64,000 bases of DNA from NCBI GenBank assembly GCA_963716745.1, contig OY970320.1, positions 1,056,001-1,120,000 of the forward strand. The letters run 5' to 3'. The notes beneath the pieces are model-generated. The model saw only the letters and a list, made by a program, of their open reading frames with translations, ran no database searches and was not told the DNA's origin. A program made the position numbers and the translations under genes. The number at the start of each line of letters is the position of its first letter. Position 1 is the stretch's first letter. This DNA is from an uncultured Gemmatimonadaceae bacterium. Lineage in GTDB: Bacteria > Gemmatimonadota > Gemmatimonadetes > Gemmatimonadales > Gemmatimonadaceae. Shown here piece after piece: positions 10,276 to 21,650 of this stretch.

Positions 10276-10726
10276 GCGAGTGGGTGGTCGCGCCGCCGGT
10301 CGCGGCGCCGCCCCGGCACCCGGCGCCCTCGCGCTTACACGCTTCGAGCCTCGCGCAAACGGCGCGCGAGTCTCTCGCTACGCGCGGGGGCGCCTCTGCC
10401 GGGACGGCACCGCTCCCTGACGTCGATCGGCGCGCGCGCGGGCCGTCTCGGTTCGCGATCGATGCGCACGATCCTTCACCGAGCAAGCCCTAAGCGAGGC
10501 GCCAGAGGGCCGCGCGACACGGAGTCGCGCAGCGGGAACGCGGCGCGGTGGAAGTATGTTCGAGCGCGCCACGATCGATGTCAGGGAGCGGTGCCGTCCC
10601 GGCAGAGGCGCCCCGCGCGTAGCGAGAGACTCGCGGCGTCGTTCAGCCGCGAGGCTCGAAGCGTGTAAGCGCGAAGGCGCCGGCGCCGGGATGGCGCCGC
10701 GACCGAAGGCGCGATGACCCACTCGC
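10276..10726. repeat. Repeat family A: inverted pair of ~150-bp arms (10276-10428 / 10573-10726), MITE/REPIN-like
   Basis: Arms are near reverse complements around a ~145-bp spacer; intergenic between divergent genes. Confidence 0.9.
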
Positions 10727-10779
10727 TACTCCCGCGCCGAGCGGCCATACTATGCCAACCTCGAGCGCGGAGCGGCACG

Positions 10780-11295
10780 ATGGCCGAAGAGAAAAAGTCG
10801 TTGAAGCAGAAAGCCGAGAACGAGCTTCGCGAACTCGGCATCGTGTGCGGCTATCTCTTCCTCGTGTTCCTCTCCGCCGCGCTGCAGCGGTCCGTCATTC
10901 TCGATCAGCAGGGCATTGCGATCAACGAGTACGGATTCGCGCTCATCAACGCGCTCGCGATCGGCAAGGTGATGCTCATCGCGAAGCAGCTCCACTTCGC
11001 GCAGCGGCCCGGCCAGCCGCTCTACGTCTCGGTGATCTTGCAGTCGGCGGCGTTCGCGGTGCTGCTCTTGATCTGCAAAGTGATCGAGGACGTGGGCTTC
11101 GACATGTACAAGGGAAAAACGCTCGCCGAATCGCTGCCGCACCCGGGCGGGCGGCCGCTCATCGAGTTGGGCGCTCTGACCATCGCGTTCTTCCTCTCGC
11201 TCCTGCCCTTCTTCGCCTTCAGCGAACTCAGCGGCTCGCTCGGCGAGGGCGCACTCACGGCGCTCTTCCTCAAGCCGAAGACGAAGAAGGCCTGA
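10780..11295 (+). CDS. Hypothetical membrane protein (about 4 TM)
   Basis: Hydrophobic helices; INALAIGKVMLI and LLPFFAFSEL motifs; GGAG upstream. Confidence 0.8.
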   Translation: MAEEKKSLKQKAENELRELGIVCGYLFLVFLSAALQRSVILDQQGIAINEYGFALINALAIGKVMLIAKQLHFAQRPGQPLYVSVILQSAAFAVLLLICKVIEDVGFDMYKGKTLAESLPHPGGRPLIELGALTIAFFLSLLPFFAFSELSGSLGEGALTALFLKPKTKKA

Positions 11296-11301
11296 TCGCG
11301 C

Positions 11302-12471
11302 TCAGAGGTAGCTGAGCCACACGCTCCGGTGCGCGGCCTTGTAGCGGGCGTACCACGCGCACGCGGGATACAGCAGCGCGATCGCGATCGCCCACACGAG
11401 ATAGAGCAGCGGCAAGCTCCACGTGTACCCTTCGGGCGGCGGCGGATTCGACATCGGATGGTTCGCGAACAACCACGGGTTCACCGCGCCCTCGCGGATC
11501 GCCGAGACCACGAGCGCCAGTGCGTGGATGAGTGGGATGTGCAGGAGATAGAAGAACAGCGGCACGCGGCCGAACACGTCCAGTGCGTTCCCGACGGCGC
11601 CACGCGCGCGCTCGAGCAACGGCAGCGCCGCGATGATCGGGCCCAGCGTCATCAGCAAGAAAAGTAGCGACGCCGGATATTTGTTCGTGTTCAGGAATCG
11701 CAGCGCCGCGGGCGGCGCCGTGGGCGACTGCGGGTGCATCCAGTGCCGCGGGTCGCCGTACAGATCGGGCGCGCGCAGCACGAGAAAGAGCACGATCGCG
11801 CCGAGTCCGATCTGGTAGCACAACCGGTCACGCCGCGCCGGCTCCATGCGCATCACCGCACCGAACGCGTATCCCGCCGCCATCACGCCGATCCATGGCA
11901 CGAGCGAGTAGAGCACGACCACGGGCGTGCCCTCGATGCCGCCGCCGAGATACATGAACTGCCAGAGCGGGGCGAGCGGATTCTTGTCGAGCGTCTGCCA
12001 GAGCTGCGGGACGACCGGGTCGAGCAGATTGTGCGCCGCGATCATGATCACGCCGATGGCGGCGACGGCGCGCAGCGGCAGCCACACCAGCGCCGCGAGC
12101 ACGATCATGCAGCAGCCGAGCATCCAGATGACGCCCGCGAGCATGTAGTGCGACCAGTCGAAATTGAACGTCCATGCGAGGCGCAACACCGTCGCCTCGA
12201 GCACGATGAGCCACAATCCGCGCGCCGCGAGGAACTTCGACAACGCACGCGCCCCGCCGTGCGACATGCCGTAGAGGAACGCGCCCGTGCCCGCGAGGAA
12301 CACGAATCCGGGCGCCGAGAAGTTGGTGACCCATCGCGTGAAGAACACGCCCGGCGTCGGCCCGCCCGCCGGCACACCGGAGTACACGCGCACATGGTCG
12401 ATCGCCATGAGGACCATGATGATGCCGCGTGCGATATCGATCGACCTTATGCGCCCGGACGGTTCTGGCAT
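11302..12471 (-). CDS. DUF1624 / heparan-alpha-glucosaminide N-acetyltransferase-like membrane protein
   Basis: RIRSIDIARGIIMVLMAIDHVR; FFTRWVTNFSAPGFVFLAG; FLNTNKYPASL; FGRVPLFFYLLH. Confidence 0.9.
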   Translation of the reverse strand: MPEPSGRIRSIDIARGIIMVLMAIDHVRVYSGVPAGGPTPGVFFTRWVTNFSAPGFVFLAGTGAFLYGMSHGGARALSKFLAARGLWLIVLEATVLRLAWTFNFDWSHYMLAGVIWMLGCCMIVLAALVWLPLRAVAAIGVIMIAAHNLLDPVVPQLWQTLDKNPLAPLWQFMYLGGGIEGTPVVVLYSLVPWIGVMAAGYAFGAVMRMEPARRDRLCYQIGLGAIVLFLVLRAPDLYGDPRHWMHPQSPTAPPAALRFLNTNKYPASLLFLLMTLGPIIAALPLLERARGAVGNALDVFGRVPLFFYLLHIPLIHALALVVSAIREGAVNPWLFANHPMSNPPPPEGYTWSLPLLYLVWAIAIALLYPACAWYARYKAAHRSVWLSYL

Positions 12472-12504
12472 GGGGCGATCTTACTTCGCACTTGTCGGAA
12501 TTTC

Positions 12505-12591
12505 AACTGCAGACCTAGACGCTAGACCTAGACGCTAGAATGCGTCCGTAGCTGCTTTCTAGCGTCTAGGTCAGCGTCTAGGTCTGCAGTT
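12505..12591. terminator. Long hairpin built of CTAGAC(G/C) repeats, likely terminator/REP-like
   Basis: aactgcagacctagacgctagacctagacgctagaa ... ttctagcgtctaggtcagcgtctaggtctgcagtt; overlaps the stop codon of the Ig-domain gene. Confidence 0.65.
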
Positions 12592-14485
12592 ATTTCTTTG
12601 TGCTCTTCGTCGCCCGCACAGTGCCGGTCGCAGACACACCGCTCCCCTTCACCACCGCCGTGATCGTCTGGTCGCCGGCATTCGCGCCGAGGGTCCAGTG
12701 CGTGACGGCCTGGCCCTTCGCGTCGGTCATCACGCGACTCGGATTCGGCGCTCCGGCAACGGCCGTGAATACCACCTGCACGTCGGGCACCACGTTCCCG
12801 TACGCATCCGTCACAGTGGCGACGACCGGCTTCGCCAGTGCATGCGCGGCCGCTGCGCTCGATGGCAGCGCGCTGAGTTCGATGTTCGCTGCAGCGAGCG
12901 GCACCGCCTTCGCATGGATCGCGACCGGCGAGCCGGCACCCGCGGCAAGCTCGAGCGTCTGGTCGCCCGACTTCGTGCCCAGCGTCCACTTGATCTGCGC
13001 GCGACCGTGTTCGTCGGCCACCGGCATCGTGTCCGCCACACTTCCCGCACGCACGGTCACGTGGATCGCGGCACCCGGCACCGGATTCCCGTTGCGATCC
13101 TTGAGCATCGCGATGATCGGCTTCGCGAGCGCCGCGCCGACTCTTCCCTCCTGACCGCCCCCGCTCACGACGCTCGCGCCGGCGGGAAGCTCCGCCAGCG
13201 CCGTCACCGTGAGCGTGAACGCGGGCATCGCGCGCGCGTTCCCCACCTGCACGCGCACATGTTGCGTGCCCGCGTGCGGTCCGAGCGTCCAACGCGCCCA
13301 TGCCTCGCCCACGGAATCGGTGCGCGTACTGAGCGCCTCGATGCTGCCGCCGTCCAGCGCGGTGAACGACACGGGCACATCGGCCTGTGCGGCGCCGGCG
13401 GAATCGGTCACGCGCACGCCCACGGATTCGCCGAGCACCGCGCCCGTGCGGCCGGCCGGAATGTCCCGCGCCGCTTTGATGCGCGTGTTCGCGCGCACCG
13501 GATCCGACTCCGCGATCACGGTCACCGCGCTGTCCACGCCTGCCGCGGCGATCACGAGCCGCTGACGTCCCGCGTGCGCGCCCAACGTCCACGTCGTGTG
13601 CGCTCGGCCGTTTCGATCGGTCACGCTCTTCGACGGATCGGCGCTCCCTTCGTCGCCCTCGGTGGTGAACGTCACCGCGACGTCGGCCATCGGACGGCCG
13701 CCGCGCGAGTTCACCTGGAGCTGCACCGGCTGCGCGAGGTGGCGGCCGGCGGGCGCGCGCTGCCCCGCCCCGGATACCAACGCAGCCGATGTGGGGGTGA
13801 GCGTCACGTCGGCGATAATGGTGGAGGTGTAGCCATCCACCTGCGCGGTGAGCGTCGCGTGGCCGGGCCCCACGGCCTGGGCGACGCCCGCGGCGTTGAT
13901 CGATACGACGGCCGTGTCGCCCGTGGTCCACTTGAGCGTCCGCGCCGGTACGAATCGCCCGCGCGCATCGAGCGGCCGCGCGACGAGCGTGACCGACGTG
14001 CCCTCGGGGATCCGCAGCAGCGTATCGTGCGCGATCGCGACGGCGCGCACCAGTTGATAGACGGTGATGCGCGACGTCGCGAAATGTTCGCGCACCGCCG
14101 CGCCGATGTTCACCGCGCCGACGCCGCGCGCGACCACGGCGCCGGACGAGTCCACGCGCGCGATGAGCGTGTCGTCGCTGGTCCACAGGATGCCGGCGCC
14201 CGAGATCGTCGCGCCATGCTGGTCGGTGACGGTCGCGACAAGATGGACGGTATCGCCCAGGGCGTGCAGCGTGTCCGCCGCCGGCGAGAGCGTAATGCGC
14301 CGCGCCGCGAGGTCGGCGAAGTTCATGCCGCCCGTATTGAGCCACGGCGTGAGCCCCAGGTTCCGCGCGTTCACGATCAGCCCGATGATCGCCGCGAGCG
14401 CTGCGATCGAGGAGATGGTCCACCGGCCGGCCGTGGTGAGCCGCCTGACATGCGTTGGAGTGGGCTTGGGCTCGCGCGCGGGCAT
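12590..14485 (-). CDS. Membrane-anchored multi-Ig-domain protein (Big_2 + Big_1/invasin-like repeats)
   Basis: N-terminal TM; WTSDD..IARVDSSGAV (Big_2); repeated TD..G.A...WTLG..AG.Q (Big_1). Confidence 0.85.
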   Translation of the reverse strand: MPAREPKPTPTHVRRLTTAGRWTISSIAALAAIIGLIVNARNLGLTPWLNTGGMNFADLAARRITLSPAADTLHALGDTVHLVATVTDQHGATISGAGILWTSDDTLIARVDSSGAVVARGVGAVNIGAAVREHFATSRITVYQLVRAVAIAHDTLLRIPEGTSVTLVARPLDARGRFVPARTLKWTTGDTAVVSINAAGVAQAVGPGHATLTAQVDGYTSTIIADVTLTPTSAALVSGAGQRAPAGRHLAQPVQLQVNSRGGRPMADVAVTFTTEGDEGSADPSKSVTDRNGRAHTTWTLGAHAGRQRLVIAAAGVDSAVTVIAESDPVRANTRIKAARDIPAGRTGAVLGESVGVRVTDSAGAAQADVPVSFTALDGGSIEALSTRTDSVGEAWARWTLGPHAGTQHVRVQVGNARAMPAFTLTVTALAELPAGASVVSGGGQEGRVGAALAKPIIAMLKDRNGNPVPGAAIHVTVRAGSVADTMPVADEHGRAQIKWTLGTKSGDQTLELAAGAGSPVAIHAKAVPLAAANIELSALPSSAAAAHALAKPVVATVTDAYGNVVPDVQVVFTAVAGAPNPSRVMTDAKGQAVTHWTLGANAGDQTITAVVKGSGVSATGTVRATKSTKK

Positions 14486-14525
14486 CGCTGTTAGACTCTT
14501 GGCGAAGGGGACGGGCAACGCGCGA

Positions 14526-17500
14526 ATGATGGCCGCAAACTCCCGGCGGAGCCATACTTACGTCGTGACCAAGTCGCGATGGCTCAAGTGGGGCGTCGGG
14601 ATCGCCCTCACACCCTTCGTGTTGCTGCTCCTCGTGCAGCTCACAGCGCCGCTGTGGCTCGACGCGGCGGCAGTGAAAGCCGAGGTCGCGAAACTCGTAG
14701 CCAAGGCCACGGGTGGACGCGCGCAATATGGCGGGCTCTCGCTGCGCTTCTTCCCCGTCCGCGCGTCGTGCTCACCGAGGTGAGCTTCGACCTCCCCGGC
14801 ACGGTGAACGTCCAGGCGCACACGGTCCTCGTCGACGTCAGGCTCCTGCCGCTCTTCCGCGGGAGCGTCGAGCCGAGGCGCCTTCGTCTTGTCGCGCCGC
14901 GCATCGCCCTCACGATACCGAAGTCCGCACCGGACACGACCCCCGCGAGCGCAAAGCCCTTCTCGCTCGCCAGCGCCGACTCTCAGCTGCACGGCGTGCT
15001 CGCGATGATCGAATCGCGCGCGCCGGGTCTCGAGGCCGACGTGGACGGCGGGCATCTCGAGCTGGACTTGCCTTCTCAGCCGCCGCTGATCCTCCAGAAC
15101 GTGGACCTCACGGTGGATGTGGAGACGGACGCGATCCAGCTCTTCGACCGGCGTGACCACACCGTGGGTGAGGCGCGTGGCCGTTCGCGCGCGCATGCAT
15201 CCATCCGATCTCGCGGGCACGGCCAATCTCGCGATCGATCAGCTCAATGCCGCCGCGCTCGGCGGCGCGCTGGGGAACTCGAGCGATTGGCCGGTCGGCA
15301 TAGGGGTCGTCTCCGTAGAGATCGATGCGCAACTGAGAGGCCTGAGCGACGCGCAGGCGACGGTGCGGACGAGCGCGCCGAGCGTGGCGCTGCGGTTCGG
15401 CAAGGTGCGTCTCGATCTGGCGGGCGTTGGGATTGATGTCGCCGGCGAGACGCACGCCGGCGCCGCGACGATCATGCTGAAGCGGTTCGCCCTCGATTCG
15501 CCGCGCATTGGCGCGAGCGGTACGCTCACGCGCAGCAGTGCCGGCGCGCTCGCGCTCTCTGCGCAACTCGCCGATCTCGATCTCACCGTCGCGCAGTCGC
15601 TGCTCGCGAGTCTTGCGCCGGCCGTGCCAGCGCTGGCGTCGCTGCCCGTGCACGTGACGCGCGGATCGCTGGTGCACGCGACGCTCACGAGCCGCGCGGC
15701 GACGATGGGCGACCTGTTCGCACTGCCGGCGATGATCATCTCGGGCTCCCTCGAGAACACCGACGCCACGCTCACGGTGTTCCAGGATCTGCCCATCACG
15801 GCTGCGAGCGCGAACGTTGCGCTCACCGGCGGACGACTGCACGCGGATGCGCTGCAAGCGCGCGTGGGCGCGACCGCCGCGAGCGATGGCACATTCGATC
15901 TCGATCTGAATCCCGCCGTGCCGCCGCTGCGCGCGAGCGTCACCGTCGCGGCCGACTTGGCGCAGGGGTTCGCGATCGCCGGCCGCGTGTTGGGCAAGGA
16001 CAGCGCCACCACACTCGGCGCGATCACCGGGCTGCGCGGAAGTGTGCTCGCGCGCGTCACGATCGGCGGCGACGTGAACACCGTCGTGCCGCGCGTCGAT
16101 TTCTCGGCGCTCACTGCATCGGCGCGCTACGCGGCGGTCCCGTTCGCGATCCACATTGCCGACGGCGGCGGGAGTTACACGACGTCCGCGCTGGCGATCC
16201 GCGGCCTGCGCGGCACGATCGGACACTCGACGTTCGACAGCATCGATGCGGGTCTGTCGCTCACCGGCCCGATGGTGGTGAACGCCAGCCGCGGCGCGGT
16301 GCATCTCGCGCTCGCGGAATTGTTCACGTGGGCCGCAGCGCAGCCCAAGCTCGCGAAGCCGCTCGACGGTGTGAAGTCGGTGTCCGGCGGACTCTCGATC
16401 TCGGTCGCCGCATTGTCACTGCCGGTGAAGACGCTGGACGCGCTCACCTTCCGCGCGTCGGCCGTGCCCGAGCACATCGCCGTGGACGCGCCGAAGTATG
16501 GTCCGCCAGCCACCGTTAACGGCGGAGTGATTCACGTGACGCAGGCTCGCGTGAATGCCACCAGCGTGGCGGTGAATGCGCTGGATGCCCGGCTCCTGGT
16601 ATCCGGCGGCACCGAGAACTTCCGCGACACCACGAGCGAGTTGCTCGTGTTCGCGAAGGGGAACGTGGGGCTCGATGCGTTGGCGTGGGTGTTCGAGAAA
16701 GCGAAGCTGCCGCCGGCGCTCAAGCTGCGCGGCGGGCTGCGCATCGTCGATGCGAGCGTGAGTCTTCGGACGAGTGAGGGGATCGGCGCGAGCGGGACCG
16801 TCACCGTGGAAGGCGGGCCCGAGATCGGCTTCGACCTCCACAGCGCCACCGACAAGTTGCGGATCGACCGCTTCACGCTGCGCGACGACGCGTCGAACGT
16901 GACCATAGGCGTGACGGTCGAGGGCCCGCGCATCAATGCCGTGTGGAAGGGACGCCTCGCCGGTTCGAGCCTCGAGCACATCTTTACAGAGCCGCCGCTC
17001 ACGCTGGACTTCGTGGACGGCGATCTGCGCATCGAAGGCGATCTCAAGGCGCCGAAGAAGTCGCGCGCCACCGGCACGTTCACCGGCGCGGCGATCCACC
17101 TGCCACCGGCGATCAAGATCCCGCTGGTGATCGACCGTCTCTCGATCGAGGCGAAAGACACTTCGCTGTTGCTGCGAACGGCCGAGTTCTCGAGCGGCGG
17201 GAGCCGGGGCTCGATCACCGGATCCGTCGCGTTCCGCGCCGACAAATTCATCGTGAACGCCGCGGTGCATGGCGACACGGTGATCATTCCGGTCACCGTC
17301 CATCACGCGGACAGCACAGCCCCGGTGCCCGCGCAGAAGGCGCCGCCCGCTCAGACCAACGCGGAGAAGGAGACCAAGTTCATCAAGGCGCTGCATGAGA
17401 TCCCGGCGGAGGGCAGCGTGCGCGTGGACATCGGTGTCTTGCGCGTGGGCGCGATGGAATTCGCGCCGCTGCAGGCGAGCGCTACGATCGAGGGCGCCCG

Positions 17501-18248
17501 CATCGATCTCGCGCTCACGCACGCGGCGCTGTGCGGGATCGCGATGTCGGGCGGGCTGGTGCTCGAGCACGATACCTTGGACATCCACGCGTCCCTCGCG
17601 GCGCACGCGGCGCCGCTCGCGGGCGCGGTGAAGTGCCTCAGCAACCAGCACGTCGATATCAGCGGCAAGGTGACCGTCGCGGGCAGCATCGCGTCGCGCG
17701 CCGTTCCAGGCCGCGTCGTGGATAATCTGCGCGGGACATTCAAGCTGACCGCCACCGACGGTCGCATCAGCAAGTTCGACGAACTCGCGCGGGTGTTGAA
17801 AGTCGTGAACGTGACGCAGGTGCTCGTGGGCCAGGGCGCCGATTTCAAGGAAGGAGGCATGGCGTACAAGACCGTGGCCTTCGATCTGGCGATCACCGGT
17901 CCGCTCATCGACGTCAAGTCGTTCTCGCTCGACGCGTCCGGATTGGATGCGGGGGCGCATGGCACGGTCGACTTCGACACGCGCGCCCTCGACATCGACG
18001 TGCTGGTCGCGCCGGTGAAGACGCTGAACTGGGTGATCAGCCATACGCCGATCGTGCGGAGCATCTTCGGCGGCACGATCCTCGCCCTGCCGGTGCACGT
18101 GGGCGGGACGATCGATCACCCGACGGTGGTCCCACTCGGCCCTTCAGCGGTGAGCAGCCGCCTGTTCGACATCCTGGGGAACACGGTGAAGCTGCCCGCG
18201 ACCATGATCAAGACCACGTCGAGCGACAGCACCAAGAAGGAGCCGTGA
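14526..18248 (+). CDS. AsmA-like envelope protein (frameshifts ~14760, ~15140)
   Basis: N-terminal TM followed by long beta-rich repeats; C-terminal GTVDF..LDIDVLVAP..V.GT..HP.V typical of AsmA C-terminus; start uncertain. Confidence 0.8.
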
Positions 18249-18278
18249 GGCGTGAGTAACGAGTCGTGCGTCATGTGC

Positions 18279-18321
18279 TTGACAATGCCGGTTGCTTGTT
18301 GTATTTAACCATCTAGTTAAA
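18279..18321 (+). promoter_or_regulatory. Sigma70 promoter with overlapping palindromic operator (likely ArsR autoregulation)
   Basis: TTGACA (18279)-17 nt-TATTTA (18302); palindrome TTTAAC-catcta-GTTAAA (18304-18321). Confidence 0.75.
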
Positions 18322-18334
18322 CACAGGCTCCGCG

Positions 18335-18700
18335 ATGCTCTCAGCCGGCGATCAACTCTCGACCACCCTCAGTGCCCTCGCCGATCCCACGCGGCGCGCG
18401 ATCCTCGCGCGCCTCGCGACTGGCGAGGCGACGGTGAACGAACTCGCCCGGCCGCTGCCCATCAGCCTGCCCGCCGTCTCTCGGCACCTCAAGGTGCTCG
18501 AGCGCGCCGGCCTCATCTCCCGCGGCCGCGATGCCCAGTGGCGGCCGTGTCAACTCGAGGCCGAACCGCTGCGCGAGGTCTCACACTATCTGGATCGCTA
18601 TCGCCGGTTCTGGGAGGAGCGCTTCGACCGACTCGAGATCTACCTCAAGGAACTCCAAGCGAAGGAGAAGCCCCATGTCCGGAAAAGAAAGCGCCGCTAA
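18335..18700 (+). CDS. ArsR/SmtB family transcriptional regulator
   Basis: ALADPTRRAILARLATGEATVNEL...SRHLKVLERAGLISRGRDAQWRPC. Confidence 0.95.
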   Translation: MLSAGDQLSTTLSALADPTRRAILARLATGEATVNELARPLPISLPAVSRHLKVLERAGLISRGRDAQWRPCQLEAEPLREVSHYLDRYRRFWEERFDRLEIYLKELQAKEKPHVRKRKRR

Positions 18701-19139
18701 CCGCGAGATCGTCACCACGCGGCTCCTCAAGGCGCCACGCGAGCTCGTGTTCGCCGCGCTCACCGATCCCGCGCACATCGGCGAATGGTGGGGGCCCAAC
18801 GGCTTCCGCACCACGGTGCGCGATATGGATGTTCGCCCCGGCGGAGCGTGGCACTTCATGATGCACGGCCCCGACGGCACGGACTACCCCAACGTCTGCA
18901 CCTATATCGAGGTCGTGACGAACGAACGCCTCGTGTTCGATCACTCCACCGGCGAGCCGAACGATCCGCAGCGCTTTCGCAGCGAGATCATACTGGAAGA
19001 CCGTGGCGGCGACACGCTGATCACACTGCGCGCCGTCTTCCTCACGGTCGCGGCCCGCGACTACGTCCTCCGGGAACACCACGCGGCCGAAGGCGGTAAA
19101 CAGACGCTGGCGCGTCTTGCCAAGTACCTCTCGGCTTAG
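18675..19139 (+). CDS. SRPBCC/AHSA1 domain protein
   Basis: REIVTTRLLKAPRELVF..WWGPNGF..MDVRPGGAW.F.MHGPDGTDYPN; AGGAG RBS. Confidence 0.9.
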   Translation: MSGKESAANREIVTTRLLKAPRELVFAALTDPAHIGEWWGPNGFRTTVRDMDVRPGGAWHFMMHGPDGTDYPNVCTYIEVVTNERLVFDHSTGEPNDPQRFRSEIILEDRGGDTLITLRAVFLTVAARDYVLREHHAAEGGKQTLARLAKYLSA

Positions 19140-19191
19140 CGATGTTCTCCCTTGGGCCTCACCACCGCTCACCTCTTGCCCGCGGCCTCCT

Positions 19192-21639
19192 ATGCTGAAC
19201 GATCTCAAGTTCGCCGTCCGCAGCCTGCTCCTCGCGCGTGGATTCACACTCGCCGTCGTACTCACGCTCGGCCTCGGCATCGGCGCCAACACCGCGATCT
19301 TCAGCGTCGTGCGCGGCGTGCTCCTGCGCCCCCTGCCTCACCGCGACGGCGACCGCCTCATGTATCTCCGCCAGAGCGCCGACGGGCCCGGCCGCGAGGA
19401 CGTCGCGTTCTCCGTTCCCGAGATCAACGATTTCCGCGAACAATCCAAGACGCTCGGCGGCATCGCCGAGTACTCGCCGTACTCGCTCACACTGCAAACG
19501 GATCACGACGCGGTGAAGCTCGACGTCGGACTCGTCACGGGGAACTACTTCACCGTGATGGGGCTCGCGCCCGTGCTCGGCCGCCCCTTCGACAGCCGCG
19601 ATGACGGCAAGGGTGCTGCGCCGGTCGTGATGTTCACGTACGCGTACTGGAAGCAGCATTTCGGCGGCGATAGTTCGATCATCGGCAAGACGCTCACGAT
19701 CGGCGCGAAGCCGGTGCTGGTCGTCGGGGTGCTGCAGCCGGCGCCGTACTTCCCGGCGCGCATCGACGCCCTCATGAACATGGTGAACAGCGAGCACCAC
19801 CTCAGCGCGACGATGGTCCAGGGCCGCACGCACCGCATGACGCAGATGATCGCGCGCCTCGCGCCCGGCGCCACGGTGGCACAGGCCCGCGCCGAGGTGC
19901 ATGACATCACCAAGCGCGTGCATGCGGACCATCCCGAGGCGTACGACGCCGCGTCCAATTATCACGTGACGCTCACGCCCTTCCACGAAGTGCTCGGCGA
20001 GAAGGCGCAGCTCACGCTCTGGCTGCTCATGGCCGCGGCCGCGTTCGTGCTCGTGATCGCGTGCGCGAACGTCGCGAACCTCACGCTCATGCGGGGCGTG
20101 CGCCGCGAGCACGAGCTCGTAGTGCGCGCGGCGCTGGGGGCCGGCACGCGCCGACTGCGCCGCCTGCTGCTCGCCGAGAATCTCGTGCTCGCGCTGCTCG
20201 GCGCGGCGTTCGGCCTGGTGATCGCGTTCGCCGGCGTGCAGATGCTCATCGCGTTCGCGCAGCGCTACAGTCCGCGCGCCGGCGAGATCAGTGTGGACGG
20301 CATGGTGCTCGGCTTCGCCTTCCTGCTCGCGGTGGCCGTGGCCGTGCTGCTCTCCTTCGCGCCGACGCTGGCGCGCGAGAACGGATTGGGCGCGGCGCTC
20401 GCGCAGGGCGGGAAGCGCGCGAGCGGCGGCGTGCGCCGCCAGCGGCTGCAGCAGGGTCTCGTGGTTGCGCAGATCGCGGTGAGCGTCATCCTGCTCACCG
20501 GCGCCGGTCTGCTCACGCGCACCATGCAACAGCTCCAGAACGTGGACGACGGACTCGATGCGGGCCACGTGCTCACGATGGAAGTGCCGCACGATTTCAA
20601 CTACAAGGACAAGAGCGCCGTGGTCGCGCGTTACCAGCAGATGCAGAGCGAGGTGGCGGCGCTTCCCGGCGTCACGGAGGTGGGCATCGGTTCCACGATG
20701 CCGCTGCGCAGCGCCGGATTCCTGCTCGACGTGAAGGGCGAGGGGCATGAGGTGGCGCCCGGCGAGCCCGCACCGCAGGCGGAGTATCGCACGGCCAATC
20801 CCGACTATTTCAAGGCGGCCGGGATCCCGCTCATCGCCGGGCGCGAGTTCACCGCGAACGACGGGCCCGTGCCCGCGTCGCCTATGGTGGTGATGGTGAA
20901 CAAGACACTCGCTAACCTGCTCTTCCCGGGGCAGGACGCCGTGGGCCGCCGCATCGCCTGGACGGGGGACGTGCTCAAGTTCGTCGGCATTTCAGGAGAC
21001 TGGCGTACTATAGTAGGGGTCGTGGGCAACACGAAGGACGGCGGCCTCGACGCCGCGGCGCTGCCCGTGGTGTTCCTGCCATTCGCACAGAGCGATTTCC
21101 CGTCGGGCGGGCTGGTGATCCGCTCGAAGGGCGACGTTGCGGCGGTGGGGCCGGCCGCGACGCGCATCGTGCGCGGTCTCGCGCCCGACCAGCCGATCGA
21201 GCACGTGATGACCGTGGACCAGATCCGCGACGAGAGCGTCGCGCCGCGCCGGCTGAACGCCGCGCTCGTCGCGTCGTTCGGCATCCTGGCGCTCGTACTC
21301 GCGACGATCGGCATCGGCGCGGTGCTCGTCTTCTCCGTGAGCGCCCGCACGAACGAGATCGGCATCCGCATGAGCCTGGGTGCCGATTCCGGCCGCGTGC
21401 AGCGCATGATCCTCTCGGAGGGCGGCCTGCTCGTGATCACGGGGCTCGTGATCGGAGTCGGCGGGTCGCTCTGGCTCTCCCGTCTCATGCAGGGACTGCT
21501 CTTCGGCGTCGCGCCGCACGATCCGGCCACGCTCGGCGCCGTGGCCTTCACGATGGCATTCGTGGGAGTGGCGGCGTGCTGGATACCGGCGATTCGAGCG
21601 GCGCGCATTGAGCCGGGTGTGGCATTGAGGGCTCAGTAA
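19192..21639 (+). CDS. ABC transporter permease, ADOP type
   Basis: [60 protein letters not shown]. Confidence 0.95.
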   Translation: MLNDLKFAVRSLLLARGFTLAVVLTLGLGIGANTAIFSVVRGVLLRPLPHRDGDRLMYLRQSADGPGREDVAFSVPEINDFREQSKTLGGIAEYSPYSLTLQTDHDAVKLDVGLVTGNYFTVMGLAPVLGRPFDSRDDGKGAAPVVMFTYAYWKQHFGGDSSIIGKTLTIGAKPVLVVGVLQPAPYFPARIDALMNMVNSEHHLSATMVQGRTHRMTQMIARLAPGATVAQARAEVHDITKRVHADHPEAYDAASNYHVTLTPFHEVLGEKAQLTLWLLMAAAAFVLVIACANVANLTLMRGVRREHELVVRAALGAGTRRLRRLLLAENLVLALLGAAFGLVIAFAGVQMLIAFAQRYSPRAGEISVDGMVLGFAFLLAVAVAVLLSFAPTLARENGLGAALAQGGKRASGGVRRQRLQQGLVVAQIAVSVILLTGAGLLTRTMQQLQNVDDGLDAGHVLTMEVPHDFNYKDKSAVVARYQQMQSEVAALPGVTEVGIGSTMPLRSAGFLLDVKGEGHEVAPGEPAPQAEYRTANPDYFKAAGIPLIAGREFTANDGPVPASPMVVMVNKTLANLLFPGQDAVGRRIAWTGDVLKFVGISGDWRTIVGVVGNTKDGGLDAAALPVVFLPFAQSDFPSGGLVIRSKGDVAAVGPAATRIVRGLAPDQPIEHVMTVDQIRDESVAPRRLNAALVASFGILALVLATIGIGAVLVFSVSARTNEIGIRMSLGADSGRVQRMILSEGGLLVITGLVIGVGGSLWLSRLMQGLLFGVAPHDPATLGAVAFTMAFVGVAACWIPAIRAARIEPGVALRAQ

Positions 21640-21650
21640 ACGGCAAACGG

